From Bacteroidales bacterium (GTDB lineage: Bacteria > Bacteroidota > Bacteroidia > Bacteroidales > WCHB1-69): 64,000 nt of DNA. The translations under genes and the position numbers were made by a program. The first letter of the stretch is position 1, and each line of letters opens with the position of its first letter. Shown here piece after piece: positions 39,642 to 49,044 of the stretch. The DNA is taken from NCBI GenBank assembly GCA_045132055.1, contig JBGURP010000012.1:21202-85201 (forward strand), read 5' to 3'. The notes beneath the pieces are model-generated. The model was not told the origin of the DNA, made no database searches, and was given only the letters and a program-made list of their open reading frames with translations.

Positions 39642-40808
39642 CTATTTCCGAATCGCAGCCTCATACATTTCAATGAGACGTTTCGCAACCACCTCGTTGA
39701 TGTCGTAATTGTTCATTGATTCAGCATATTTAAATCCCATCTCCCAACGCTCTTTCGGGTGATCGAACCAGTAGTCGATACGTTCGGCAAGCGCTTTTGC
39801 ATTTTTTGAGGGGAATTTGCTGCGCTCATCCAAGGCATACGCCGATGTGCCAGAATAGCGCGCGGTGGCAATTACGGGCACAACAGCCTGCTGCAGAGCT
39901 TCCGTGATGCTCATGCCTTCCACTTCAATGTAGGCGCAATGAACAGCCAAGTCAGCATTAGCGGCCAGTTCGCGCAGCTGATCGCGATTGTAATAACCAA
40001 TGATTGGCTTATATCCGACCACACCGTCTTCGTACAGCTTTTCGGCCATACGCGTGTATTGTTCCAACTTAGGACCACGGCCTGCAATGTGCAGTCGAAT
40101 CCGTTTCGCGTACTTGCTGAGTCGAATGGCCTTATACAGCGTCGGTTGGTCCTTTTCCACAGCAGTTCGACCGATGTAAATCAGATCGAGCGGACGATTC
40201 TCATCGAAATAGTTTTCCGGCGGTGTAAGCGGACGAATACATTTATCCGGAATCACGCCATTGGAGAGGGTGAAACAATGCGCTTTGACGCGATGGCGAA
40301 CCAATCGCTCACGGACATTTTCCGTAGGACATTGTATATATTTGTAATGACGGTAGAAAGTGTGACACCAATGACGCAAGATAAGTTGACATGTCAGAAA
40401 ACCGGCACGGCAGCCCAAGGTGTTGAAGATGATATTCTCTGGATGCACGTGGTAGGTCCCCACAAGAGGTTTTCCAAGCTTTAATGCCCATTTCATTGCG
40501 GCACGGTGGAGAAAAAAGGTCTCTTCCATGTGTATGACATCTGCCCAGCGAACCGCTTCCTCAATTTGTGGCCCCTTCCACTTGGCAAAATGGTAACCGA
40601 ATGAGGAGAGCATCGGCTGTACCAAGGGAAAATCGAAATCCTCCATCTCATAATCCGGTTTCTCTCCGTTGGGATCTTCCAGGTTTTTACCCGAAAGGAC
40701 ACGAACCTCCTGGCCTGCCTCACGCAGTGCTTTTACGGTTCGTCTTGCAGATTCGTCAAGGCCATTGCCTTCGCAGAAAAAGTTGTTTACGACAAATAAT
40801 ATCTTCAT
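39642..40808 (-). CDS. Glycosyltransferase family 4
   Basis: MKILFV, SNGV, YIGR..EK, EVEGMSITEA (EX7E) motif. Confidence 0.88.
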   Translation of the reverse strand: MKILFVVNNFFCEGNGLDESARRTVKALREAGQEVRVLSGKNLEDPNGEKPDYEMEDFDFPLVQPMLSSFGYHFAKWKGPQIEEAVRWADVIHMEETFFLHRAAMKWALKLGKPLVGTYHVHPENIIFNTLGCRAGFLTCQLILRHWCHTFYRHYKYIQCPTENVRERLVRHRVKAHCFTLSNGVIPDKCIRPLTPPENYFDENRPLDLIYIGRTAVEKDQPTLYKAIRLSKYAKRIRLHIAGRGPKLEQYTRMAEKLYEDGVVGYKPIIGYYNRDQLRELAANADLAVHCAYIEVEGMSITEALQQAVVPVIATARYSGTSAYALDERSKFPSKNAKALAERIDYWFDHPKERWEMGFKYAESMNNYDINEVVAKRLIEMYEAAIRK

Positions 40809-40972
40809 AAGATAACAATTTAAATAACCGCCGCAAAATTAACATTTTTTATGAAATATAAAATATTGGTAATCAATTGTATTTATATGTTAATGATATA
40901 ATTTTAGCAAAAAAAGGAAACTAAAGGTGACGTGATGGTTCTACAAAAGTACAAAAATAGCCGCGGCCTGAT

Positions 40973-41716
40973 TTATCTGTCAATCGTCAAATTGACAATC
41001 CTGTTGACCACCTCTTCCGGATGGTCCACCAGCAACTGTCCGTGGTTCATTTTGGGAAAGACTTCCACATGCGTGTCCGGGTGGATTTTGCAGAGATGCT
41101 CTGCCTGCGGCTTGGCCACAAAAGCCTCCTTGGTGCCATACCAAAAGTGAATATCAGCCCCTTGAATGGATTCCAGCTTATTCGTATAGACATCCTTATA
41201 GCCATCGCGCACTGCTTTTCCTTTTCCAGACGGCCATACCTTCTTGCATTCGTCCAAGAGCACATCGAAATAGTGAGAATGGAACACAAATTTCCAGAAA
41301 CCCGTCCAATGATAACAGGTCCATACGTTTAAACTCTGATAATATCGCAGCGGATCCACGCTCCACTTGGGCAATGGCAGCAACGGTGCCGCGTCCAAGA
41401 TGGCATGGTCGATGACAATCTCATTGCGTTCCAGAATTCTAGACAGAATCTTCCCGCCCAAAGAGAGTCCATAGGCAACATCCAAATGGCTGTTCAAGTT
41501 TTCCTGCACGTAACTGATAGCCTGAACGGCTTGATCATCTACAGAAGTGAACTGCGACTTTTGACCTATCAGGAAGCCGTCTATACCAACGGCAACGATA
41601 TAGTATTGGTCTCGCAGCAGCCCTATCAGTGGCAAGAATATCTCGTAGGACACACCTAACCCCGGGATCAGCAGCAAACTCTGATTCTCTTTATTTCCGT
41701 ATGTATTGAATGTCAT
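40973..41716 (-). CDS. Alpha/beta hydrolase
   Basis: LLIPGLG, nucleophile elbow GLSLGG, WYGTKE, HGQ. Confidence 0.85.
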   Translation of the reverse strand: MTFNTYGNKENQSLLLIPGLGVSYEIFLPLIGLLRDQYYIVAVGIDGFLIGQKSQFTSVDDQAVQAISYVQENLNSHLDVAYGLSLGGKILSRILERNEIVIDHAILDAAPLLPLPKWSVDPLRYYQSLNVWTCYHWTGFWKFVFHSHYFDVLLDECKKVWPSGKGKAVRDGYKDVYTNKLESIQGADIHFWYGTKEAFVAKPQAEHLCKIHPDTHVEVFPKMNHGQLLVDHPEEVVNRIVNLTIDR

Positions 41717-41765
41717 AATGCGACGAAACTAATTAACCATGGGTGGCATCATAGGATGCGGAAGA

Positions 41766-42650
41766 TTATTTCTTCTTCTCCTCCACAAGCTCCTCTTTGT
41801 AGGGACATTCGGGGTAGTTCGTCTTGACAAACGAGTAAACCAGCAACCCGACACCGAGCAGGATAAGCGGGATGCTCAACAATTGTCCGTTGTTAAGAAC
41901 GTGTCCAATTTCGGATTCCACCTGCACCTCCTTGAAAAATTCAATGATGAAACGTGCCGTGAAAATGACCGTAAGCGTGATACCTGACGTGCGCCCGGCG
42001 GCCACTTTGCCCTTGGCAAACTTGAAGTAATAAACAGCCAAGCCAATGAAGAGCAGCAGATAAACAGAAGCTTCGTACAACTGGGCCGGATGGCGGAATG
42101 TACCAGCTACGCCCGGGCCACCCATAGTGAAATCAAACGCCCATGGCACGGTGGTGATACTGCCCACGATTTCGTGGTTCATCAGGTTGCCGCAGCGCAC
42201 GAAAGCCGCCGCAATGGGGATGGCAATAGCCAAGCGGTCGAGCAGCCACAGGAAATTGATTTTGTGCCGCCAAGTGTAGTAAATGACGAACAAAATGATG
42301 GCGATGACGGCGCCATGGCTCGCCAGACCCTGATAGCCGATGAAATTACCCTGACCGTCGATGGGCAGCAATATCTGCAACGGAGCTTTGATGAACATCT
42401 CTGGCTCGTAAAACAGAAAATGTCCGAGGCGCAAACCGATGATGGTCCACACAATCGTCCAGATGGAAATCTTATCCAACAGCTTCTGCGAGAGTTTTTC
42501 GGTCTTGAAAATCTGCTGCAAAGCATAATAGGCCAGCAGGAAACCGGTAGCCAACAGAATGCCGTACCATCTCACCTCCACAGATCCGAGGTGAAATGCG
42601 ATGGGATTAACCTTCCAAGTAATCGTGCACAACGTATTCAAAAAAGTCAT
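41766..42650 (-). CDS. lgt: Prolipoprotein diacylglyceryl transferase
   Basis: VRWYG, GLASHG, R.GN..N.EI.G, RHPAQLYE, RFIIEF. Confidence 0.95.
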   Translation of the reverse strand: MTFLNTLCTITWKVNPIAFHLGSVEVRWYGILLATGFLLAYYALQQIFKTEKLSQKLLDKISIWTIVWTIIGLRLGHFLFYEPEMFIKAPLQILLPIDGQGNFIGYQGLASHGAVIAIILFVIYYTWRHKINFLWLLDRLAIAIPIAAAFVRCGNLMNHEIVGSITTVPWAFDFTMGGPGVAGTFRHPAQLYEASVYLLLFIGLAVYYFKFAKGKVAAGRTSGITLTVIFTARFIIEFFKEVQVESEIGHVLNNGQLLSIPLILLGVGLLVYSFVKTNYPECPYKEELVEEKKK

Positions 42651-42669
42651 CTTTCTATATTTTAATCAA

Positions 42670-43536
42670 TTAAAAAGCATAAACATATCCAGCTCCAAGC
42701 GTACCTCTGAAGCCTTTTTCTTTCGTATAGGATTTCAATTTTGTGCCGTCAGCATTGGCATCCACCACCTTGTCGCTCACGTAATCACCCAAGAAGTAGA
42801 AATTCAGTTGGTGATGTTTGCTGATTTTCCAGTCCACTCCCAAAGAGCCCCGATAGCGGTTGATATAGCCGCCTTTAAAGCTCTGGAGAAACCAGCCTGC
42901 CTCACCTACCTCCGAGCCATCTTCGGTCAGATAGCTGGTTCCATCGTAGAGGGCATGGATAACAGGTGCATTCAGGAAATTGCGGATCTCAAAATAGACG
43001 TATGGGGTAACCTTGGCGAAACCCCTGTACTTCAAAGTCAGCCTGCTTTTCAGGGCCAGGGCGTTGCGTGGATACTGGTATTCGTTGAAATCGCCAGAAC
43101 GGTAAGTCCACTGGAAACGCTCCTTCAACGACAAGCTCCACTTACCCATTCTGACCGTACCCGTGGCGTCCACAAACAGTCGGTGGCGAAAATTTCCGAA
43201 TGAGCTGGAAGAGTTGCTATAGGGATTCATGAAAACATAACCGATGCCGCACTTGAAATACTTGTTCACCTTATAGCTGAGACCAAGCGTGGTTTGCAGA
43301 CGGTCAAAACTCTGGAAATTCTTGTCAAAACGAGCCTCTTCCTCCAAGGAGACATGGAGCCCCTTCACAATCTTCTTGTCCAATCCCACTGACAATCTGC
43401 CACCCACCTCAGGATCAAGCACCACCTCCGTTTGCGCACTGGCAGAATTCCAAATGGAGAATTGAGAATGGAGAATTGAGAATTCGCAATTCACAATGAA
43501 TCCCACCAATAAAACAAAAACCCATCTATATTTCAT
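42670..43536 (-). CDS. DUF2490-like outer-membrane beta-barrel protein
   Basis: Start re-called to MKYRWV (43536); EEEARF, SLKERFQ, KSRL, alternating strands, terminal Y.F. Confidence 0.7.
   Translation of the reverse strand: MKYRWVFVLLVGFIVNCEFSILHSQFSIWNSASAQTEVVLDPEVGGRLSVGLDKKIVKGLHVSLEEEARFDKNFQSFDRLQTTLGLSYKVNKYFKCGIGYVFMNPYSNSSSSFGNFRHRLFVDATGTVRMGKWSLSLKERFQWTYRSGDFNEYQYPRNALALKSRLTLKYRGFAKVTPYVYFEIRNFLNAPVIHALYDGTSYLTEDGSEVGEAGWFLQSFKGGYINRYRGSLGVDWKISKHHQLNFYFLGDYVSDKVVDANADGTKLKSYTKEKGFRGTLGAGYVYAF
43445..43497. repeat. 7-nt array (GAGAATT/GAGAATG) inside the signal peptide of the DUF2490-like gene
   Basis: Translates as IVNCEFSILHSQFSIWNS. Confidence 0.75.
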
Positions 43537-43552
43537 AACCAAAAAACCAATT

Positions 43553-43587
43553 ATTATTTCTACCAAGCTCTTGCCCCTGACGGGCTG
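43553..43587. repeat. Degenerate REP-like remnant
   Basis: ttctaccaagctctt-gccc-ctgac-gggc hairpin in an intergenic gap. Confidence 0.35.
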
Positions 43588-43596
43588 CTCAATGAA

Positions 43597-43650
43597 AACC
43601 ATTATCTATCATCTTTCATCTCTAATCTCTCAACTCTCATCTTTTAACTA
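43597..43650. repeat. 7-nt tandem array (ATCTCTM-like x7)
   Basis: aaccatt atctatc atctttc atctcta atctctc aactctc atctttt, abutting the upstream gene's stop. Confidence 0.85.
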
Positions 43651-45297
43651 CCATCCCCCTGGTCCTCCTCCATTGCCTCCTGTGTAGGAACTCAATGACA
43701 CCGTGGTGCCGCCGCTCACACTTCCGTCTTCTACAAACATTCCGTTAAACAGCGTACTGCCGCCACTAACCGACACACCGGATTTCAGCGTGGGGGTTGA
43801 GGAACCGGAAACAACGAGGGGTGTGCCGCCGCTGGCCGGGGTCTTGAACGCGTACGTCTCAGAGCCGACTTTGAGGGCATACCAAGTGTTGGGTGTCCAC
43901 GAATTGGCCGAATAGCAATTTTGCGTCAGGGAGGAGCCGCGTTCCAGTCCTCCGATAGCCACCAGCATGCCGCCCTGCACATAGAGTTTGTAACCTTCCT
44001 CGGTGTTGGCATCAATGGCCACTTCTGGTGTACTGGCGCCTATGGCATACACCACACCGCCGGTAATGTAAAAGTTTCCGTTAGCATCCATACCATCATT
44101 CTTGGGTGCATATCCGCACACGTATCCGCCGCTGATGGTGAATGTGCTGCCGGAATTGATGGCATCGTCGGTTGCCGAATAGCTATAGACTTCCCCACCA
44201 CTGACGGTGATCGTGCCTTTGGACTCAATTCCTTCGTTGTTGGCGCAGTTCACTGCCACTATGCTGCCGGCAAACACCAAGTTACCATCGAATTTGATGC
44301 CCTTGGCGGCAATATCGCCCGTAGTATAATCGGCTCCCGTGGTGGTAACATTCACTGTTCCACCGTTAAAGTAGCCTGCTCCATCGCAGTTGATACCTTT
44401 GCCTCCGGAGCCCGAATTGGTGATGGTGAGCGCGCCACCGTTCATCTTGAAAGAGGCATCCGCCTTGATACCGGCCGTGCCCGAATAGGCATTTTCTTCA
44501 TTATCGTACGCCGCATTACCCGTAACCTGAATGGTGGTAGTACCACCGTCAATCTGGACATAACCATCCGAGCCAATGCCTTTTTTCGTGTCTGCAGAGA
44601 CATTCACATCCACCGTACCACCCGTAATCACCACATACTCTTTGCCGCGGATGCCATGTCCTGCCGAAGAGTTGACCTTTACTGTAGGAGAAGATCTGAA
44701 ATACACAAAATCATCGGAGATGATGCCCGACTTGCCCGTGGCATTGATCGTCAGAGAACCATTGCCATTGAAGACTAGGGAGCCTTCACTGAAAATGGCG
44801 GCTTTTTCATCCTCGTTGGCTGGCGTGACTGTATAGGAGGAACCGTCGGCCAAAATATTGCTGTTTTGCACCATCACATACGTCATGGCACCATCTTTGG
44901 GCTCTTCCTTAGGCCCTTGTATGTTGATGGCTGCCCCATTCTGATGCGTAAGAGTCAGATTGTTGAGCGTGATACCTTGCGTGCTGGAACTGTACAATTT
45001 GAAAAAGCCATCACCAGCAGATCCCGAAAGCACATACATCACAATGGAATCGCCACTGTACACAATCGTGACATCATTCCCATTGATAGTAACATCAAAA
45101 TCATCATTAGTCCCACTTACGGTCGCGGAACCAGTAGAGGAGAAAACCACGTTGACCGTCATGCTGAAATCCACGTCGGTAATATCTTCTTCACCAGTTC
45201 CTGTCGGGTCTATCCATATAATGTTATCCTTCTCGCACCCGACCAATATCACTGTCGTCCATATTAGTGCAAGAAGGATAAACCAGAATCGTTTCAT
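43648..45297 (-). CDS. Carbohydrate-binding beta-helix lipoprotein (Cthe_2159/DUF4353-like)
   Basis: Lipobox LVGC; GAAINIQ, EDEKAAIFSEG, repeated I.GG turns, DDAIN, NDGMDANG, Gly-rich tail. Confidence 0.85.
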   Translation of the reverse strand: MKRFWFILLALIWTTVILVGCEKDNIIWIDPTGTGEEDITDVDFSMTVNVVFSSTGSATVSGTNDDFDVTINGNDVTIVYSGDSIVMYVLSGSAGDGFFKLYSSSTQGITLNNLTLTHQNGAAINIQGPKEEPKDGAMTYVMVQNSNILADGSSYTVTPANEDEKAAIFSEGSLVFNGNGSLTINATGKSGIISDDFVYFRSSPTVKVNSSAGHGIRGKEYVVITGGTVDVNVSADTKKGIGSDGYVQIDGGTTTIQVTGNAAYDNEENAYSGTAGIKADASFKMNGGALTITNSGSGGKGINCDGAGYFNGGTVNVTTTGADYTTGDIAAKGIKFDGNLVFAGSIVAVNCANNEGIESKGTITVSGGEVYSYSATDDAINSGSTFTISGGYVCGYAPKNDGMDANGNFYITGGVVYAIGASTPEVAIDANTEEGYKLYVQGGMLVAIGGLERGSSLTQNCYSANSWTPNTWYALKVGSETYAFKTPASGGTPLVVSGSSTPTLKSGVSVSGGSTLFNGMFVEDGSVSGGTTVSLSSYTGGNGGGPGGW

Positions 45298-45370
45298 ATA
45301 GGAATCTTTTAAGACCTGCAAAAATAATATTTTTTGGTTAGTAGCCCTTTGCAAGTCTTTCGGACCCGAT

Positions 45371-47659
45371 TTAGAATTTCAATCTCACGCCGCCCAGTGC
45401 GTTGATGCCTGCCTGCGGGAAGTAGCCCGTGTTATAACCCTTCTCTCCACCGTAATAATAGGTGTAAATCCAAGCATTGCTCTCATATTTTGCGTTGAAG
45501 ATGTTGTTTACTTGGCAGAACAGCTCCAAGTCTTTCAAGCATTTGAAATGGAACACATAGGAAAGACGAAGATTGCTGTATGAGTACGGCTTCAGACAAT
45601 AGGTGTCGTCGCCTGTATTGTCCATGTATTGCTTGCTGACGAACTTCGTGACAAAGGAGATGTTGAAGTCTTTGAGCGGGGTAAACGTGAAGTCGTTGCC
45701 CAGAATCACATTCGGAGAGAAGGAGATGGGCGTGTTGCCGAGATGCTGCTCTACATAGCCGCCGTTGTCCCAGTCTTCCAGATAATTGACGTAATCCACA
45801 ATTCTGTTGATGCTGAGGTTTCCGTTGAAATGCCAGGTAAAGAAGCGCACAGGACGGTAACCCACAGACAACTCAATGCCAGCACGATAACTCTTTTTCA
45901 CGTTGGTCATCAGCGCGTCGCCAGTCTGATCCAACTCACCGGTGCGCACCAACTGGTTCTTGTAGTTCATGCCATACAGCGTGGCGTTGAGGAAAAATTT
46001 ATCGTTATGAGCCAAATAGCTGAACTCCAAGTTGTAAAGCGTTTCCGGAATCGGTTTTCTGTCATCGGGAGCACCTACCAGGTCATCGCGAGTAGGTTCG
46101 CTGTTGGCCGTGGAGAAGGAGAGGTCGAAGCTGTGTTTCAGCCGGCCTCCATTCAGATAATAGTGCAACGCAATCCTCGGATTTATGAAATTCCAGTTAT
46201 ATTTTTGCGCAATATCCATCATGTCATCGTTAGTACCATCGATCACATAGTTGATGTGGCGGTATTGCAGTTCTGCCGTCACACTGAACTTCTTGTACCA
46301 ATAGCGAAGTCCGGCAAAGTTCTTGATTTGCGTCTTGCGTCCGGTGCCGTAATACCACTGGTAATCACACGGAAAATCCTGCACGCGGTTAGGTTGCGAC
46401 CAGAGCACATTGCCAAAGTGCTTGCCAGTGTAGAAGCTGTTGTCTATACCAATTACCCAACGCAAACCCTGGTCGGGGTGGTTGCGGAAAACCTGAGAGC
46501 CGGTGTATTGCGCATGAATTCCGTAAAAATAGTTGTCCAGATACTTCTGCGTGATGAAATCCGCTTTCTTGATGGAATCATACAACGGCACAAGTCCGAA
46601 GTTCTTGATTTTCTTGTCATCCTTGTATTGCTGATAATAACCCTCGCCACGTGTCAAATAGGGCATCACCTGCAATTTGTGGTGCTGAAGTCCATCCTGA
46701 CGAATCCAGTCTTTCAGGTATTCCAGTTGATAGAACGTTTGGGTATAATTGTCCTTGGAATCAATATAATAGTGGCGTTGACCATCGTCTGTATAGTACT
46801 CGCCGCAAGGATTGTAAGTACGATTGGTGGCAAGGCTGTCGTATGGAATACCACTCCAAGCGAGGCCGGTATGCTCTGTACCGAAGAGCATGTGGAATTT
46901 CAGCTTGCCGTAGTCTTTGTTCTTCTTAAAATTGTACAAATTATACTGGGCGGTGAGGAAACCGGAGTTGAGGCGTACGCCGGAGTAATCCAGAAAACCG
47001 TCGCTACGGATGTCGGAGAAAGAAGCCAGCATGGAAAAGCGTTTGCCAATAAGGCCAGTACCTGCACTCACCATGTTTTGGAAAGTGTTGTACGAGCCAT
47101 AAGAACTGCGCACCTCGGCAAAAGGTTTGTCAGGAATATCCTTGGTAACGAAATCGATACGGGTGCTGAACAGCGTGCTACCATCATTAGAATTTGCGCC
47201 GTTCTGCACGCTCACCTGCCCGATGTAGGCAGCCATGTCGGGAAGATTGACAAGCCAGGAACCTTGCGACTCGGCATTGTTGATAGTCACGCCATTGAGG
47301 GTGGTGTTGATGCGGGTTTGGTCAATGCCTCGGATAAACATGTAAGTAGCACCGAGGCCAGTACCGCCGTCGGAAGTGGTGACCACGGAGGGCATGAACT
47401 CCAACAGGTTATTGACACTGCCGTTGCCCTGCTGTGCGCGAATCTGCTGCATTGACATGGTGGTGACATTGGCAGCGGTTTGCACCGTGGGCTTGGTGAA
47501 CTCGATGGTCACCTCGTCCACCTCGCCGCGCTGCACGGTGTCTTGCACCTGCGCAAATGACGTGATTGCGTTGAAAAAGATGACGACTGCAAACATTACG
47601 ACAAGTCGAATACTTTTCAACTCTAATCTCTCATCTCTAATCTCTAAACTTTTAAACAT
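45371..47659 (-). CDS. TonB-dependent receptor, probable thiamine transporter (OMthi-like)
   Basis: PSVVTTSDGGTG.G, IRG.D.TRIN.T.NG, DNY.Q, YFPQAG.N, terminal Phe; TPP riboswitch upstream. Confidence 0.88.
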   Translation of the reverse strand: MFKSLEIRDERLELKSIRLVVMFAVVIFFNAITSFAQVQDTVQRGEVDEVTIEFTKPTVQTAANVTTMSMQQIRAQQGNGSVNNLLEFMPSVVTTSDGGTGLGATYMFIRGIDQTRINTTLNGVTINNAESQGSWLVNLPDMAAYIGQVSVQNGANSNDGSTLFSTRIDFVTKDIPDKPFAEVRSSYGSYNTFQNMVSAGTGLIGKRFSMLASFSDIRSDGFLDYSGVRLNSGFLTAQYNLYNFKKNKDYGKLKFHMLFGTEHTGLAWSGIPYDSLATNRTYNPCGEYYTDDGQRHYYIDSKDNYTQTFYQLEYLKDWIRQDGLQHHKLQVMPYLTRGEGYYQQYKDDKKIKNFGLVPLYDSIKKADFITQKYLDNYFYGIHAQYTGSQVFRNHPDQGLRWVIGIDNSFYTGKHFGNVLWSQPNRVQDFPCDYQWYYGTGRKTQIKNFAGLRYWYKKFSVTAELQYRHINYVIDGTNDDMMDIAQKYNWNFINPRIALHYYLNGGRLKHSFDLSFSTANSEPTRDDLVGAPDDRKPIPETLYNLEFSYLAHNDKFFLNATLYGMNYKNQLVRTGELDQTGDALMTNVKKSYRAGIELSVGYRPVRFFTWHFNGNLSINRIVDYVNYLEDWDNGGYVEQHLGNTPISFSPNVILGNDFTFTPLKDFNISFVTKFVSKQYMDNTGDDTYCLKPYSYSNLRLSYVFHFKCLKDLELFCQVNNIFNAKYESNAWIYTYYYGGEKGYNTGYFPQAGINALGGVRLKF
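47619..47653. repeat. 7-nt array encoding the receptor N-terminus (KSLEIRDERLEL)
   Basis: aactcta atctctc atctcta atctcta aactttt. Confidence 0.8.
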
Positions 47660-47724
47660 ACTCTAACAGTTTTGGTTTTTAAAATTAAACAATACTGAAA
47701 GAGGGATTTGAAAATAGAAGCGTT

Positions 47725-47797
47725 TATCTCCCTACGGCGGCATTATCCGCATCAGGTTCAACGGGTCTGATCTCAGCCTAAAAAGGCACCCCTTTCA
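47725..47797 (-). ncRNA. TPP riboswitch
   Basis: Minus strand reads aggggtgcc-tttttag-gctgagatcagacccgttgaacctgatgcggataatgccgccgtaggga, containing the GCTGAGA, ACCTGA and TAATGCC..CGTAGG core. Confidence 0.95.
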
Positions 47798-47806
47798 AAA
47801 CGGCGG

Positions 47807-47853
47807 CAAAGATACAAAAAAGTGCGCTTGTGGCCGATTTTTTATTATTTTTG
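47807..47853. promoter_or_regulatory. Divergent -7 boxes: TATCTTTG (47807-47814, minus; riboswitch transcript) and TATTTTTG (47846-47853, plus)
   Basis: Consensus matches; the minus box sits immediately 5' of the aptamer. Confidence 0.7.
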
Positions 47854-47882
47854 CACCTTGATTTGAAAGCATCGTTTTCTAC

Positions 47883-49025
47883 ATGAATAATTTCGACGAC
47901 ATACGGCCCTATAACCAAAGCGAATTCCGTGAAGCTTACTACAGACTCATGGACCAACCCGGCTTCCAAGATGCTGTGTCCAAGTTTCTTCCCAACTATT
48001 CGGTAGATGATTTGAGGAGGGATTTTGACAATTTTCATTCCATTGATGATGTGCAGGCCAACTTTATCCGGAGATGGCTGGAACTTTTCATCAATCAGTT
48101 CACCACGGGTTTCATCACATCCGGCCTTGAGAATCTCGATCCCGAAAAAGCATATCTGTTCATCAGCAATCACCGCGATATCACCTTCGATCCGGCTGTA
48201 CTCCAATACTATCTTTTCACTTCTCATTGGAAAACTTCCAAAATTGCCATTGGCGACAATCTGTTGAAAACCCCGTTGTTGGGTGAGGTAGGACGTTTGA
48301 ACAAGATGATCAAGGTTATCCGTTCGGGCTCTATGCGGGAGAAGCTGGCCAACTCTCAACGCCTCGCCGCATACATTCAATACAGTCTGTTTGAAGAACA
48401 TGAATCTGTCTGGATTGCCCAGCGCGACGGCCGCACCAAAGATGGTAACGACTACACCAAACAGGGTCTGCTGAAGATGGTTTCCATGGGTCGTGACGAA
48501 GATGTGGTGGAGAGAATCAGAAAGATGAACATCCTTCCCATGGCCATTTCCTACGAATATGAGCCATGCGCCCAGCTGAAAGCTCGCGAAATGGCCTTGA
48601 GCGAGAACGGCAAACATTATGAGAAACGTCCAGGCGAAGATTTTGAGAGCATCAAACAGGGCATCTTCGACCAAAAGGGCCAAGTAACCCTCGTGCTCGG
48701 CAAGCCTCTGCAAGAAGAACTGGACACGGTGCCAGCCGAACTAAACCAAAACGACAAACTCTATTACATCTGCAAGCTCATCGACAAGCAAATCTACGAA
48801 AACTACCGCTTGTACCCCAACAACTACATCGCACATGATTTGATGAACGCAAACAATCTCTATGCGGAACATTACACGGAAGAGCAAAAGCAGGCTTTCG
48901 AGCAATATCTGCAAAGAAAATCCATCATCCAAGATGTGAGCAGAGAGAAAATGATGGATTATCTGTTGCGCATCTATGCCACTCCGGTGGACAATCATTA
49001 CGGTACGAATATCCAAAATTCATAA
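47883..49025 (+). CDS. Glycerol/phospholipid acyltransferase (PlsC-like)
   Basis: FDDIRPY, SNHRDI..D (HX4D), IAIGDNL, WIAQRDGRTKDG.D. Confidence 0.9.
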   Translation: MNNFDDIRPYNQSEFREAYYRLMDQPGFQDAVSKFLPNYSVDDLRRDFDNFHSIDDVQANFIRRWLELFINQFTTGFITSGLENLDPEKAYLFISNHRDITFDPAVLQYYLFTSHWKTSKIAIGDNLLKTPLLGEVGRLNKMIKVIRSGSMREKLANSQRLAAYIQYSLFEEHESVWIAQRDGRTKDGNDYTKQGLLKMVSMGRDEDVVERIRKMNILPMAISYEYEPCAQLKAREMALSENGKHYEKRPGEDFESIKQGIFDQKGQVTLVLGKPLQEELDTVPAELNQNDKLYYICKLIDKQIYENYRLYPNNYIAHDLMNANNLYAEHYTEEQKQAFEQYLQRKSIIQDVSREKMMDYLLRIYATPVDNHYGTNIQNS

Positions 49026-49044
49026 TAAAAAACAAAGCTATAAA

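Noticed and set aside
45629..47455. 608-aa plus-strand ORF (and similar long antisense ORFs such as 29255..30805)
   Set aside because: Opposite well-supported genes, no recognisable motifs; expected from codon bias.
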